Positions 1 through 13,700 of a stretch of 64,000 nucleotides of DNA are shown piece by piece (the first letter of the stretch is position 1; each line of letters starts with the position of its first letter). Below the pieces are notes generated by a model. The model was not told the origin of the DNA. It ran no database searches and saw only the letters and a program-made list of their open reading frames with translations. Made by a program: the position numbers and the translations under genes. Origin of the DNA: Phoronis australis (lineage: Eukaryota; Animalia; Phoronida); contig NMRA01000232.1 of assembly GCA_002633005.1 (NCBI GenBank), positions 151,181 through 215,180 on the forward strand, written 5' to 3'.

Positions 1-734
1 ATTTAGTGCATTCAAACCAACGCGGGGCCATCTAGTAGGCAACACGTAGCCCCTCGGTTGGCCCTATAGGGGCTACAATACTTCCATTCGCTTTCTGTAT
101 TCATTTCGTTACTTCAGTGTATTTTAAATGAGCCGTGACCGGATTTGGGTTACCGATTTCGAGTTTTCACCTCGTCAAAAATACAATATCATTTAAGAAA
201 CGCTTACTTTCATCATTGGTCCTTTTTACTTCTATACATATCTTTGATGAAGCTTAGTTGTGAGAATTAAGTTGACTTTGGCGAAGAATTACAACTCCAC
301 TTTTTTGGTTGCCGTTAATTTTATCACCACGTGCGCGATAACCACAGAGCATGTCAACTGAATCCTGTGAGTTAGGCTAGCGCGAGACTGAGCGAAGCGC
401 GTGACGCTAGCACGCGACACTTGTAAAGTAGCATGAGAAGGTATCGAGTGAAACTTGTAAGATGTGTGTCCCTTGGACTTTTTATTCGTCAATATGCGTA
501 ATTTCACGTAACTTCCTCAAAATGGCACCCGGTAACTGCATGAGAGAAACTCGAGCAAACCGCTACAGATTTTCATCGATTTGTTTAAGTTTTGCTGACT
601 AAATTGTATCCAGAGTCGTGGTATGTGTTAATTATAACTCCGTGTTCCTATATGTATGGTTCATTTGATTTTATTTGCTGTATTTTGAAATGAGTAACTT
701 TTTGTGAGGATGTACTATCGCCCCTGAATGCCTA

Positions 735-1010
735 GGGGCCATCGTGTGTGCAGCGAACATTTTCCTGGTGAAAAAAGACTTATGAAAACAACATTCCGAC
801 GGAGTTTCCTCTTAAAATTAACGTCTCTAGCATATCCACGGCGAAAGCTACAAAAGTTAAGCAACCCAAGAACTCTCAACTTGTCTGAAACCGGAGGAGA
901 TTTCGAAATCAACGCCGATAGCCCCAATACTGAACATGACGACAGTCGTGCCCTCGGTCACTCGGTCACTGATCATAGCTACGCTGCATGTGTTTACAAA
1001 CGAGAGAGAG
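735..1010 (+). pseudogene. Degenerate THAP-domain fragment, probably from a DNA transposon
   Basis: Reads RVCSEHFPG, then after a frameshift KKTYENNIPTEFP (THAP CxxHF and AVPTIF-like box). A downstream DHSY matches the HCF-1-binding (D/E)HxY motif typical of THAP proteins. The N-terminal CxxxxC half was not found. Confidence 0.6.
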
Positions 1011-4000
1011 GACTTGCTTGGTATTATACAGCAAAAAAAATGAAACATGGCCAACATTCACCATTCTGCGCACGCGCTCAAAGCAGCTGACAACTTGACG
1101 CCATATTGGAGAGTGCTACTAGTCACGTGACACGACTAAGAGCCGTGTAAACAAACGGGTTAAACTCCTTTTCAAAGCGCGATATCTAACAAATAAAGTG
1201 GCCAAAGAGTGTGATTTTTTCCAGAAACATATAAAAACCTGTGATGTAGCACTTACATGCGTTTCTTAAGAGTTAATCAGTCGATAGGGAAAATATCAAA
1301 CTATTAGAAGATTGCAACCAGTGGCAGATTCTCGAGTGGCCTGAGCGGCTGCACGCCTGTCAATCCACTGCGAGGGTTTTATTTTTCGTTTTTTTTTCAA
1401 GAGAAACTACTAAGATTGCGCAAATTTATCATTTAATTAGTGTCGCTCGATGCAAATACATTATATCCTGGAGACGTGCCTCTCACTCGGAACGTACTTT
1501 TGTGGTTCACCAAAAAAGCCTTTTCACTGAATGTTGAACAATGACCCCGGGTAACTCTAACTTGAAATATTACCCGAGTCGCTTTTAATGGGGTATCAAT
1601 TTAACGTGAACTACTGTGAAAAATGAGCTCATTGGGGTCATATAAAATAAATGACAGGTTTTTAAAATTCACTAGGGCGTTCTCCCGTTCAGTACAGCGG
1701 TTGTGAACCATTTACTACGTAAGCCAACACTGCGTGTATTATCTTACTCATATTATGGAATACATTTGCCTGCGCGAAAGTAGTTCACTTCTATCATTTT
1801 GCTCGATAGACGGCGCTTTTGTAAACATGGTGGCTCGCAATTTCTGGTTTAGGCAGTAGACCTATCGCGTTTTTGAATCAATGTAAATGTTACTGAACAA
1901 CTGTTGTAAATGCCGACTCAGATCAATGTCCGAAGCGGGAATCTAACCTGGACCAGCCATGTACGCCTGCACGGTAGTACTTGCTTAAAAAGTGAGTTAA
2001 AAGGGGTCTGAATTGAAGATAAATTGGTGATTTTCGACACTTCACTGTCATCACTGTGACTGTGGCCACTTGGACTTCGACTTCAGAGCTCAGTCTTGTC
2101 ACACCTAACTACTTTGGAAACAAGTTGGATATAATGTTCCCTGGTTTAGAGAAAGACGCTATCAATATGTTGTAATAACTTCAGTGCAGGTTCACTCGTT
2201 CTCACGGAATCAGGCTGTTAGTGTTAGCCAGATGGAACACGGTCAGTGACAGCAAATGTCTAGACTTGACCAGGCGAATACACGTGTTGTTGGTCATCTT
2301 ATACAAGGGAAAAATGGGAAATGAATGACAGGACAAGGACATGGTCGAAAAAAGTTGATGAATGTAACAACTGAATAACATTCCTATTATTCGGTGGATT
2401 AGATAGTGACCACTGTCTCTAGCTGCCCCCAGTAGAGACAGTGAAGCGCCTCTGAGAGTTTCATACATTGATAGATTTTCGGTGGCTTATGACCCACACT
2501 GATTAAAACATGAAAGTCATGTTGTTTAAGTACCTCTTGCTCATAGAGGGACACCTTAGGTACCCATTGATGTCTTTAATTTCTTCAAACTCAAACAAAT
2601 ACTCCTGCAATGTAACTTTTTCTTCAATCAGTCCTTGGTTCAGTTGCCCAAATTGTCAACTGGCCAGTTTTACACTGCGCGCCCACCTATTTTTACCGCT
2701 CCGGCCAGTGTGAGGCATAATTCGCCTTAAATCTTCCGGCGTATGTTACTATCAGTGGATGAAGCTTGTTATCCATGTCAGGGACAATTATATCCCAGAA
2801 GAGTCATATTTTGTAATTCTGTAACTATAGAATTTCTGCAAAATTTTGATTAAACATATTTCCCATCTGCAGTACTAAAATTGATCAGCTTGATTAAAAT
2901 TTTACAGCCGTAAGTCAACTCACTTGAGCACAGTTAATTCTAGGAGGCACATCAGTCATGCTAGTAAAAATTGAAAGCCTTTGCTGTTTACTTATATTTA
3001 ATTTCAGATGCTGAACTGTAATACTCCACTGAAAAAGGCAAAGTCAAAGACATGCATATTATGTGACAAACTCTTATACTCTGACTCTCACGCACACAAA
3101 GTTAAAACATGTTGCATTAAAGCAGAGGTACTTGGATTTTTTGAACTCATTTACATTCAATTCAACAATGATTTGCAGGACACTAGGCCTGTGTTTATCT
3201 GCAGCACATAAATTCCGTTTTCTTCAAAACTCACACAGCTGCAGAAATCAGCAAGAATGGAAGTCAACATTCTCATTGCTCAGTCTGAAGATTGACAAAA
3301 GCATGTACTAATTGATTCGCCATCTTTTTCTAAGAAGCCAACAGGAGCAAAGAGATTGTTAAATTTTGAGTCCGTGTTAGTTGACCATGGGTATTCAGTG
3401 TCTGAAGATTATCAACAATCCAACCCTTTCCTGTCAAAGGTGTCTACTCATCTGAGCAACTTGATCGGAAACTGTTGTTTAAAATCAGTGCATCTTTGGA
3501 TTTTCTTTACAAAACTTCAGAAAAAAGTGTTCTTAGACTTCCCATGAGGGACCTGGATGAGAAGCTGCTTCTTTGGAAAATTGTGAAAGAAGTGGAAAAT
3601 CGTCCTTATGGGCTACCACTTCTGTGTGTCATTCACTTCATATTGCTGTGACTAAGAATGACTTCACTGTAGCCATAATGTATGGGATACATGTAGATGT
3701 TTGCCAAAAATCCTCATCATGCTGGCAATGGTGTATGCTTGAACATATTTCAGATGGATCACATTTATAGCTTATAATTGTTTTTAACATATATTTTTAG
3801 AAAAGGTGACATAGTTGATGATAGAAATTAGATCGGTGATATATTACATTAAAAATTCTCCAGATTGAGACAGCCTCCTAAATTCAGAACACAGAAATCA
3901 CGGCTGAAATTTAATTTTTCATCCTGAAATTTGAGGCGTGAGTGATTTGTATATCTTAGTACTTTTCAAATTCCTAACGCTATGTTGTAGCATAGCAGGT

Positions 4001-4529
4001 TGCAAGAATACTCCTGTAAGTTCATGAAAAGTGACTCTCATGATAAACATTTAAAAATTTGTTATCATTCCCCTTGAATTTCTGACAGACAATTGTGTGA
4101 ATTTCTAAAAATTGGAACAAGCTCCGACTTCGATCAAAATAATTATTAACTGCCCCAAACTAGAGAATTTTTGCATAATTAATTTTTGAAATTCAGTGTG
4201 TAGTTAACTGTAAAACTGATGGATGACTATTCTTGTTTACAAGAGGATCTGCTTTAAGAAAAAAGGTTGTAAAAGTGATGACAATTTAATGTTTACTTTT
4301 TGATCTTTTGTGATGGTGTGGTAGTTTACACCATCTTTAAAAATGCCAGTGGCGAAAGGTAGAAATCATAAGTGACAACAGATATCAACATTCCATTTCA
4401 GTTAATGACTCTGAAGCAGATAATAGTGGCAGTACCCGTGTGGTTAAAGAGTCATGACATAATGCTTTCGATTTAAAAATCATGAGGGACTTTCTGATAT
4501 GTAAGCTATGAGTGTTTTTTCACAAGAAA

Positions 4530-4647
<118 letters not shown>

Positions 4648-4675
4648 GTTAAAATCATTTGCATAGTGAGTTAGC

Positions 4676-4777
4676 CACTGAATGAGCTCAGTGCCTTTAA
4701 ACATATTAAAATATGCTTAAAGGCACTGAGATCATTCAGTGAAGTCATTCTTTAAGCATATTAAAATATGCTTAAAG
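4676..4777. repeat. Near-perfect 66-bp palindrome followed by a second copy of its 28-bp palindromic core
   Basis: cactgaatgagctcagtgcctttaaacatatt-aa-aatatgcttaaaggcactgagatcattcagtg has 2 mismatches; ctttaagcatattaaaatatgcttaaag follows at 4750-4777. Confidence 0.85.
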
Positions 4778-5439
4778 GGGTTTTGATCAAAGAATAATAT
4801 TTTAGTTGGTTAGACTGGTATATACCAAGGGAACTTGGACCATGTGATAAAATGTTATTGTTTACATGTTTTGGAAAAAATAAATGGTTTAAGGAGATAA
4901 TGAAACGTTACAATTGTGTCTTTAGCATCTAACGTCAATGTACAATATAGGATTACTTTTACATAAACATTTAAAATGTCATAGATTTTGGATTTCCTGT
5001 ATATAGCTAAGATTAAGAATGCATGCCTACATGATGTTCTCTGCGCATTTGTTGCTTTGATAACACTATCACTGATGGTGTTACTCTATCAAAATTTAAA
5101 GGTCAATTTTGACAGTAAAATCACCTATGAAAATCTTATTTTAATGATGTGGTTTTCCGACTCTGTCCCAATTTTTGTAATTCAGGGTGACCTAAAAGGG
5201 CTGCTGGGTTCCTTGTTAATTCCAGGTTGTCGTGTCTCTTGGGAGGCATTTTTCATTTATTGCATCTGCATTGAATAAATTTATGTTTTTGATTATTTTT
5301 GGCAGCTTTCCCAGATTTCCGCAAAACTTCCAGGCTCAGATTTGGAAATTCTGGGTATTAGAAAAGGCATAAAAATTGGTGCTGTGAAACCTGATACGAA
5401 TAGATGTTATTGAAAGTATTTTTGTCTGCATTAAACTCA

Positions 5440-5630
5440 CCATTCTAACACAATGTGTCCTTCGTTAATTACCACAATTGCCACGTTGTAAGCTAATAAT
5501 ATATAATGCCTTGTTTTGGAAGCTAATTCCTTGTTTTGCAAGCGTTTCACACCATCACTTGTTGATGCCAGAGCCTCAGGGTTAGCATACACTACTTGAT
5601 AATTTCCTTTAATTATGTCACCAATTGGAA
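5440..5630 (-). pseudogene. RecQ-like SF2 helicase fragment (degenerate), possibly transposon-borne
   Basis: IIKGNYQVVYANPEAL...AIVVINEGHIVLEW resembles the RecQ 'Y.xPE.L' and 'VIDEAH.V.EW' motifs, with the Walker B Asp changed to Asn. No other helicase exons were found. Confidence 0.6.
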
Positions 5631-7789
5631 CACAAAGGCGGATTGAGGGGGGGAGCAGGGGCTGCCGCAAGCAAAATGAAACAGCAACAACGCAACGCGT
5701 GAGGAAATATAACTAGGACCGGTACTGGAGAAGGGGGGGGGGGACTCAGACCTCAGATCGTGGCGGGCTCTCGTTCCCGTTTATTATTTTTAATTTTTTT
5801 TAGTCGATAGATTTCCCGAACAGAAGCTTATACTCCGGGCCCCCGCAACTTTCGGGATGCCTGTACACATACAATCGCGTTCCGCCCAATTCCCCCGGCT
5901 GGTGCAAGCAAAATTAAACAGCGTGAAGCGCGAAGAAATATGGAGTTCACCAACAAGGAACAGGAGGCCCTGGAGCGCTGCGGAATCAGATTGCCTTTTT
6001 TGGGCGGAAACAGCAGGTCACATCGCCGGCCCCCGTAACTTTCGGGGCGGCTGTGCATCATTACCAGCAATTCGTAAACTAGGTCATCCGCCAGGTTCTC
6101 TGCGTAAACTAGGTCATCGCTTATGGACCAGTTAGCGCTTCTCTCTCCGGTTGTTCTACATTTTGTAGCCCAAAATTACCAAAGTTCAAATATATTCCGT
6201 TAAAAAGGAAAGACAAAACATATTAGTACAGATGTCTGGCCAATATCATGAGTCACCACTCGTAAGCAAATCAAAGCTGTCCTCACTCGTTGCCGGCCTT
6301 ATCTCGCACTACCGAGCCAATCGAGTAGTTTTCAGTTCGCAATGCAACAATACGATTGTCATAAATTCAACTTGTAATAAACCCTTTCAATTTTAAACCA
6401 TGCCCGAAGTACTCGGAAACAAATTATTGTTAGGGACAACGAGGTTTTTTTCCCGGAAGTGGATCGTGAACACCCCAAGTGAGCTTTCCGCACGCAGCTA
6501 CTTTGGTTTGCAGCTGAATGTTACTGAGCTCCCATACTACTATGGGCCGTGCCGGTCAAGGGTCAATTCTTGTGTGTACGCACTACTTAAAGCGTGGGAA
6601 TCAAACTGCTATATATAGAGAAAACGTTTATTAATATACTGGTGTGAATATTATCAGTGATTTAACCAAAAACTTCGAATTAACTAGACCTACTAATGAT
6701 AGTCTATGATGATAAACTGGTAGGCAAAAGGCCAAAATTGGCAATTTTCGGCGACCCCATGTTAAATACAAAATTTTGTCTAATTTTCTTCAAACTCCTA
6801 CATTTCAATCTTGATTATACTGACATCTGTTGGGTCTATCGGCAACTAACCGCACATGAAAGGCTTGGTCGAAAATTATCGTTTTCTCACATGCACTTTC
6901 GGGTTTTTAACGGCGATTCCACTGATCGAAGCGACAAAATAAGCCAAAACTTTGGCCATACCATGTTAAACATAAAATTTTTTCCAATTTTGCTGAAACT
7001 TGGCCACGTTTTTAACAAAATACTTATCTATGTTATGTGCTATCGGCAAATGTGATTGATTCATAAATAAGACCCTCACGCTGTGTTTTCTGCGAATCCC
7101 ATGTATCCCGAAGGGGGCTAACTGAGTGATTTACGCGCATGCGCAGTTCACGGTTTCAATATTGCTGGTAATGTACAATCGCGCTTTACCCAGTTCTCCG
7201 AGGCACCATGTTGGGTCCCCCTTATGGTATCCTAGATCCGCCACTGTTAGTGCACGGCAAAGATCTACTAAAGTTTGGTGAACTACAGAGCTAATAAGCA
7301 AACAAATTGCAGTTCAGTGTGGGAACGTCAAAGCACAATTAGTTGACCAGTCAACTGTGCTTCTTATGCTAGTTTTATTTTAATCGCACAGTGAACCTTT
7401 TATGTTCACTCAGTGATAACTAAACCGTTTCAATGATGATTTTCGTTTTAAAATTGCTTCAATTAATACTACATGTACTCCAATATCGTCCGCGTTCGTC
7501 GCGATTCTATTCGGGGATTCCATTGACAGGTAATTCCCCGAGTATGCATGACAAGGGAGATAAGTCTATATTTTGATACATGAGTCGACAAATACGGATT
7601 TTCCCATCTACAAGGATTATAATTACCATTTTTAAGAACTTAGTCCTAACTGCTACAAAACTCATTCAAATTACAACAATGACGAAATGTTTTTCTGCGG
7701 TTTATTTGGCGCGGATACGAACCGATATGATTTCGCGAGATCCAGCCTCATCACCCGTTTTTCGCGGTATTTTGTAAATGTGATGTGCC

Positions 7790-8505
7790 ATATGTGAAAG
7801 ACTAGACTTACGTTCAGTTAATCTGTCGCACTGTAAGAATATTTTGCATGATTTAGCCTGCAATAGGTGGTTGTTTGAAAGCCGTTCGAAACCAAAGTTA
7901 AGAACCTATGTTTTTATGAAGAATGTCTTTGAAGTTGAGCCTTTGTACGTGCATTTTGACTTAACTCGGCCTAGTAGGTCAATTCTTGCTCAAATTAGAA
8001 CCGGAACCCTACTGCTATTGGTTGAGGTTGGGCGTTTTCGTTCTCTAGATTTTGATGACAGAATTTGCTGTCTTTGTCACACTGGTCAGGTCGAAACTGA
8101 ACTGCATTTTCTGTTTGAGTGTCCGTTTTTCTTAGATGCCAGAAACACATTTTATTGTCAAGTTGAGATTAAATATCCACGATTCCGTGCAGAAAGCTGT
8201 GAAAGTAAATTTGTTACAATCATACAAAAAGATGTTATTAGAAAAACTTCAGTTTTCGTCAAAAATATTTTTGAAGTAAGGAAAATTTATATTTATTTAT
8301 GATTACTTTTATCTCGACCTTCTCTTTCTGGTCCTCTTGCAATGCGCGTACACTTGTCTTTTCTTTTTTTGTATCATGTATCTAAAGTGACTTATAAGCC
8401 CCGTGGAGGGCTGGGTGTTCCTAGTGTTTGTAACGTATTCATTGTTTAAATTCATTTGAACACATGTCACTATAATAAAATGTTACCTACTCTTAGTTAC
8501 TTACT
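7790..8505 (+). mobile_element. 3' end of a non-LTR retrotransposon (5'-truncated LINE)
   Basis: ORF 7844-8302 has KPKLRTY...RTGTLLLLVEVGRF...RICCLC...VETELHFLFECP, the C-terminal CCHC region of LINE ORF2. A short 3' UTR, aataaa and a degenerate (ttac)n tail follow. Confidence 0.8.
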
Positions 8506-8549
8506 CTAGTCGCCAACCGACTAGAGCGACGTCTTTCGTGAAAATGGTT

Positions 8550-9030
8550 GTGAGCATCTAGCTCCTTTGTTAACTGCCGAGCTTAGTCTTTTGTCTGGTA
8601 CAACGACATGCAGATAAATTAACTACCACGCTTATAACCGATCACACGTGAACACAGTCAAACCCAGTAAGCTGGTACGTTCGGACAGAATAGATTGTCT
8701 TAACTTCGATTGTAGTTGGGCGATTTTGGCGGTTCAAAAACTATAAGCTTGATCAGTATTTGATGGGCAATTCAGAAATGTCATTGGGTTTATGTTCAAA
8801 CATTTTGTAACTTAACTTGTTGTTAAGAGCACAGCCCAGTGAGGATATAAGACACGATCTTATCGGAGATTAGAGCAATTATCCAACAAAAGAGAGCTGA
8901 CCGTCCAACCCTAATTGCCAGAATGGACTTAATCAGTGGCCAGTGTAAGATATTGGCTACAGCGGTCATCCACCCAACTTTTTGTGATTTACAACTTAAC
9001 AAGTTAGATTCAATAGGAGAACACCGTAAT
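8550..9030 (+). repeat. Dispersed repeat, diverged copy of 27595-28067
   Basis: Colinear shared blocks such as catctagct.ctttgttaactgcc, gaatagatt.tc.taacttcg, gattttggcg.ttcaaaaacta and gtgtaagatattggctacag. Confidence 0.8.
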
Positions 9031-9949
9031 GTAAAAAGCAAGAACACACACTCAGCTCCTTTCCTGTGATTCGCTCGGAATTGCCAACGTACAACTATTC
9101 TCCATTCACGGATCTGAGGCGTTTTGTAGTATCCCCGCGCCGTGTAATTGTGTGCTCACAAAGAGATCAGCCCCGCTCCTACACATTTAGTCGGTTCCTA
9201 TCCATCCCCGCCATTAATCTGATATACGTAATGCGCGACCCTCAGCCGAGAAATTTAAAATAAATTCTTCTCTCACGCACGCTGTCTACTTATCCCAAAC
9301 CCCTGTTGCGGGGAACCGTTGAATAACGACAGACAGATTTTCACGGACGTGGGGTAATTTTTTCATGGGCTGAAAATTCTTCACGTTAAATTTAGACCCT
9401 CTGAAAAAACTAACCGGGGTCATTTTTCACGGGGTTATGACTTATGCTTTATCGGCTAGGTTGGGCATATTTCCATTCAGTTTCGAGAGGGAAATTCTGA
9501 ATTTTGGGTAAAGTTTGGATGCGCAATTCAGCCGTACAGGTTTGATATTTTGGTTACTATGCACTTTACTTTTTGCGTTTCGTCACAAAACAGAGAGCTC
9601 GTAAGCAAGCAGTGCAAACCTACAACATTTCCAGTAACAGCTTCGACATAAATACAGATTTTGCAGGGATTTGTTTGTTTTGATACAACAGAAAGCATCT
9701 GATTTTGGAATACATGTTATTAAGAAATTAGTTTTTAAAGCAGGATATATTTCAATAGAGAAATACACTATTCACTTAGGTGTACTGTTTTCGATGGCTG
9801 GCGAGTAAGTTCGGAGGGTTGCTATTTCTCAGTACAAGTAAAAATACATAAGATTGTCATTAATACCAAATATTTACTAAATATAATTAGCAAACAGTAC
9901 CATCATTGGATAACAGCATATGGAGGTCAAAGTAGTGTGAGTTGATGAT

Positions 9950-10620
9950 TATTCTTCAGGCTTGCCTCTCAGAGGAAACGTATTCTGTTGACGTTTTAGA
10001 TTCCTATATTATGATGCCAAAAATTAAGTGAGTGTTGATCAAGGAGTAGTAATTTGTCAGTGTGAATAGAGGCAGATATTTCTTAACTTTATTAAGTTCG
10101 CCTCAGGTTTGTGTAATTTTTGTTCTCACCAGGAAAATTTATTTAGTCCAGCATAAAGAGTCGTCAGAAATTATTCCCAAAAACTTTTAACAGAAATTAG
10201 GTTTGGAGCTTTTATGCTGTATGCAGGGATATTAATCTTTTAATTATTTTGTTCTGAGGGACGTAGAATAATAGTATTTAGGTCTGGTGACATTCAACAA
10301 TTAGTGAATTGATAACCACGTGGATATGTCTGTGCTTATTCATTTTCATTCCGTTGTTTGCTGGTTTTGTAGGCGAAGGTGTATATATAAGACAGGTATC
10401 GTCACCATACATAAGGCTGTCAAGGGAAGCGGATTTTTAGAGATCGTTTTCATAAATAAGAAAAAGGAGGGGACCAAGAACAGATCCTTGCGGTACTGGG
10501 ATTATAGTTGATTTTTGGGAGTGTGAATTATCAAATGAAACGCATTGCTGTCGATTGATTAAATCTAACAGTGATCGAGAGTGGGGTGTTATTTCATTTA
10601 GAATGCAGGGAAGGAAATTG
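9950..10620 (-). mobile_element. Decayed LINE reverse-transcriptase fragment (CR1/L2 group-like)
   Basis: RQQCVSFDN...VPQGSVLGPLLFLIYENDL is the RT motif; surrounding sequence has stops and frameshifts. Confidence 0.8.
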
Positions 10621-10974
10621 CTGTAATTTAAATGATACTGTTTCTTTGTCAAAGTTAAATGCAACTTGAAAATTGTGTTATTTTGCGCAAGTTTTCCAAA
10701 TGAGATCGACATTGTTGGATGGATTGTGTATTGTAAAAGTGTTTGAGAAGTACAGCATACTTGACGTAAAATTTTGAACTTAATGACATAGATATGCCTT
10801 CAAAATCAATGTATGAGAAAATGGTAATTTGCTTGCAATTATTCTAGCTATCTTATGCATTATTTTTAATCTGATGCAATCTCATAATGCCTGGGAATGG
10901 ATTGTGTGGAACCACACAAGAGTCTCGCTTGGTGAAAAAAATTACAAAATGAGAATGAAGGTATGATATAAGGC

Positions 10975-11065
10975 TTGATTTGAAAACTACAACACTGATC
11001 AAATTTTGGTCGAGTAGACAACCGGAAATTCACAGTGCATACTCTCGCGGCTTGTCTCGGGGTCT
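10975..11065. repeat. Dispersed repeat, inverted copy at 24085-24175
   Basis: ttgatttgaaaactacaa...gtcgagtagacaaccggaaattcaca...gtctcggggtc matches the reverse complement of 24085-24175. Confidence 0.7.
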
Positions 11066-11148
11066 CAAGATCTAATAGTAGTGCTTAAGTCACGGTCTCG
11101 CGTCAACGGCACGCATGTCAAGTTTGTTTAAATATCAGACTTACTCAC

Positions 11149-11237
11149 CAGACAATAAACTATCGTGACTATAATTCCTTAGTGACAATATACCCGCGTA
11201 ATCTGCTAAGGTGTTAGCTCCTTCAGTCGACTGCATG
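11149..11237 (-). CDS. Possible isolated exon with start codon (MQSTEGANTLADYAGILSLRNYSHDSLLS), belonging to a gene that may run off the left edge
   Basis: Strong acceptor ttctttctcctag, ATG one base in, open frame, and strong donor G|gtgagt. No homology recognised. Confidence 0.35.
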
Positions 11238-12229
11238 CTAGGAGAAAGAAGCCACCAAGTGAGGCATTCGCTTCACCACCTCGCAATGCAAAATCCTCGG
11301 CACATTTCATTTTGCCACTAATTAAGATAATAACGTATAAATTTATCATCCAACAACTTACCTCTGATTTCATTAAACTACTTGACCATCATAGATGCAA
11401 ACATGATGATAGTTCACCTGTGGTGCCTGGTACCGTAGCTATAAGCACAAGTAGAATTTTGAAAAATGTCAATTTTAATTTGCTACGCTCCTCCTATCAC
11501 CGTCTAGGTCATTTGAAGACAACAGCTCACCTCGCAGCTACTCGTGTGCGCTGACCCTTAAAACGGAGTTACTTTTCAATGTACTTTAAAGCCCCATGGG
11601 TGTTTGTGCGTGTGACATATGTGACATATTTAAATTTCTAAGACGAAGCTCCCTCTACAGTCTTTCCAAACCCAGTAGGCCTACTATTGTATCACTATGA
11701 TATTCAAACTGATGATACTGATACTTTTGTCCAGTTTTGGTCATGACTACGTTAGTACTGCACATTTTTTCACAAACACATCTCCATAAATTCCGTCCTC
11801 CACTCGTTAGCATTTGCACCACTTTACATGATTTTCTATGAAAATAAGAAAATGAAAATGCAAACTCGTTTACGTAGGTCACTGCTCGTACATGTAATTA
11901 CCCGGCTCTACATTTCACAGGACATTCAATTTTTCCTTATAAAAATGTGTCAAAACAAACACCGACTCAATATTCGTCAATCCTGAATTTTTGTGTTTAT
12001 TTGATATATTTCACTATTGGCCAATTCAGCGTCTATGTATTTACTATAGACACCGGTGACCTAAAGTCGTGAATCTAAGCATAAAAAGCAGCTGATTGTC
12101 ATACTACCCATGAGCAACTGCTCATGTGATGTAATGGACATATATGAACCTACTTTTTAAAAGCGATTAGAATCAACAAAATGAAATTTGAAAAAAGGCA
12201 GTTTTACGACCGCGGCTAATACATATTCA

Positions 12230-12435
12230 TTAAAAGGATACCAAACCCGGTTTTGGCCTATTAACAGGTACTAAAATGACTTTCTCACTGGCACACAGTT
12301 CTCTTAAACACAATTTTATAATGCTATGTAACCCTCGACAACCCTCAAAAGTTTGAAAACTCCTTTCAATGTCTACTTATGGGCAGGCGTGACCTACGCT
12401 TTGAGTTAACGGCATCTGTGGGAAAACCCAACCAC
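12230..12435. mobile_element. End of a non-autonomous DNA transposon (TTAA-flanked, Kolobok-like); inverted copy at 28545-28756
   Basis: ttaaaaggataccaaacccggtttt...taaccctcgacaaccctcaaaagtttg matches the reverse complement of 28545-28756, and both copies end at TTAA. The superfamily call is an inference. Confidence 0.6.
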
Positions 12436-13461
12436 CATGGACCATAATACCCAATGTGTGAGATAGGGAGGATGAGTTTTTAGTTGACTCCTGTCTTTAA
12501 GTCTCAAGATTGACGCCAATGATGCATTAGAAAGTGAGAGGATGAGGATTGGTTGAAGTTATCAAAACAAGGTTTTGTATCCTTTCAAAAGAGAGTGTTA
12601 CTTGATCTTTATGTCAGTCCTACAATGCAACGAACATTAACAAATGCAAAATGCAGAGTTATGGATCTAGCTCGTTTACTGGGGAAAATGTCCTATTTTT
12701 AAAGAACTTATAATTCTATATCCGAGGAGTATCCTTATTCAGATAGTTCTGAACCGGACATGTGAAGCAGGTGCCCCCGCTTTGAACTCGAATTTCAAAA
12801 GTTTTGTGGTGTTTTAGTCAAATATATCATTCGAAAGCTACAGCGTTCTTCAACGACCCAGCGTCCGACATGTTTTATCTTGTTTGGATTATGAATAGTT
12901 TTAGGCTTGGTAAAAAGAGGGCGCTCAAATAAAGAACCAGCACACGCACATTTCTTCGCTTACTGGGAAGGCGCTTTTAATCATTTTATTTGAAAAAGGT
13001 ACCAAAAAGCAATGTCATAGACCGTGTTTTAGTGACAATATAATTTTATTTTCGCAAATTGTCTTAACCATATTATTTGCAAAATACTTCACTTTTGTTT
13101 GCGGGACGTCGGAATTCTAAACATTTAGTTATTATTATGAGTTGAAGGAACTTCTAAATGGAGACGATTTTTGAAGCGACATCAGGCAAGTGGGTGGTCA
13201 ACGCTATGGAAAGATGTTAATGAGCTATATGACAATTAATTTAAATTTTCCATTCTCAACTTAATATACAAGTAAAATTAAAACTGTCAATGGTTACACG
13301 AGCGGCTTTTTGAAATGAGGAAAATTACGCAGCCTGTCATGCTCACTTTAGTTGTGACCTATTCACCAGAAAAGAGGACAGGTAAAGACAAAGAAGATGA
13401 CAATACAAGTGACAGTTGCGTTATCTTTAATGCTGCCTTTGAAAGTGTTATCGCAAGCCCT

Positions 13462-13700
13462 AGGGGTACCATAGAATCCTACGCACTAGCATAGCATCTT
13501 ACGCACGAACCACCTATGAACCCATGAATCATGCACACCAACAAAAATCATGCACACGAACCACCTATGAATCATGCATACGAACCCATGAATCATGCAT
13601 ACGAACACAAAATCATACACACGAGCATCGACTCACACACACGAACACTTTTGGTGGTTCGTACGTATTGTGCGATGCTCGTGCGTATGAAGGTACCCCT
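13462..13700. mobile_element. Small MITE with internal short tandem repeats
   Basis: Termini aggggtacc/ggtacccct, subterminal tacgcac.agcat.gca inverted match, and internal atgaatcatgca.acgaacc repeats. Confidence 0.7.

Noticed and set aside
7844-8302. 152-aa ORF as a cellular zinc-finger gene
   Set aside because: It matches a LINE ORF2 C-terminus, lacks a true ATG start and is followed by a retrotransposon-type tail.
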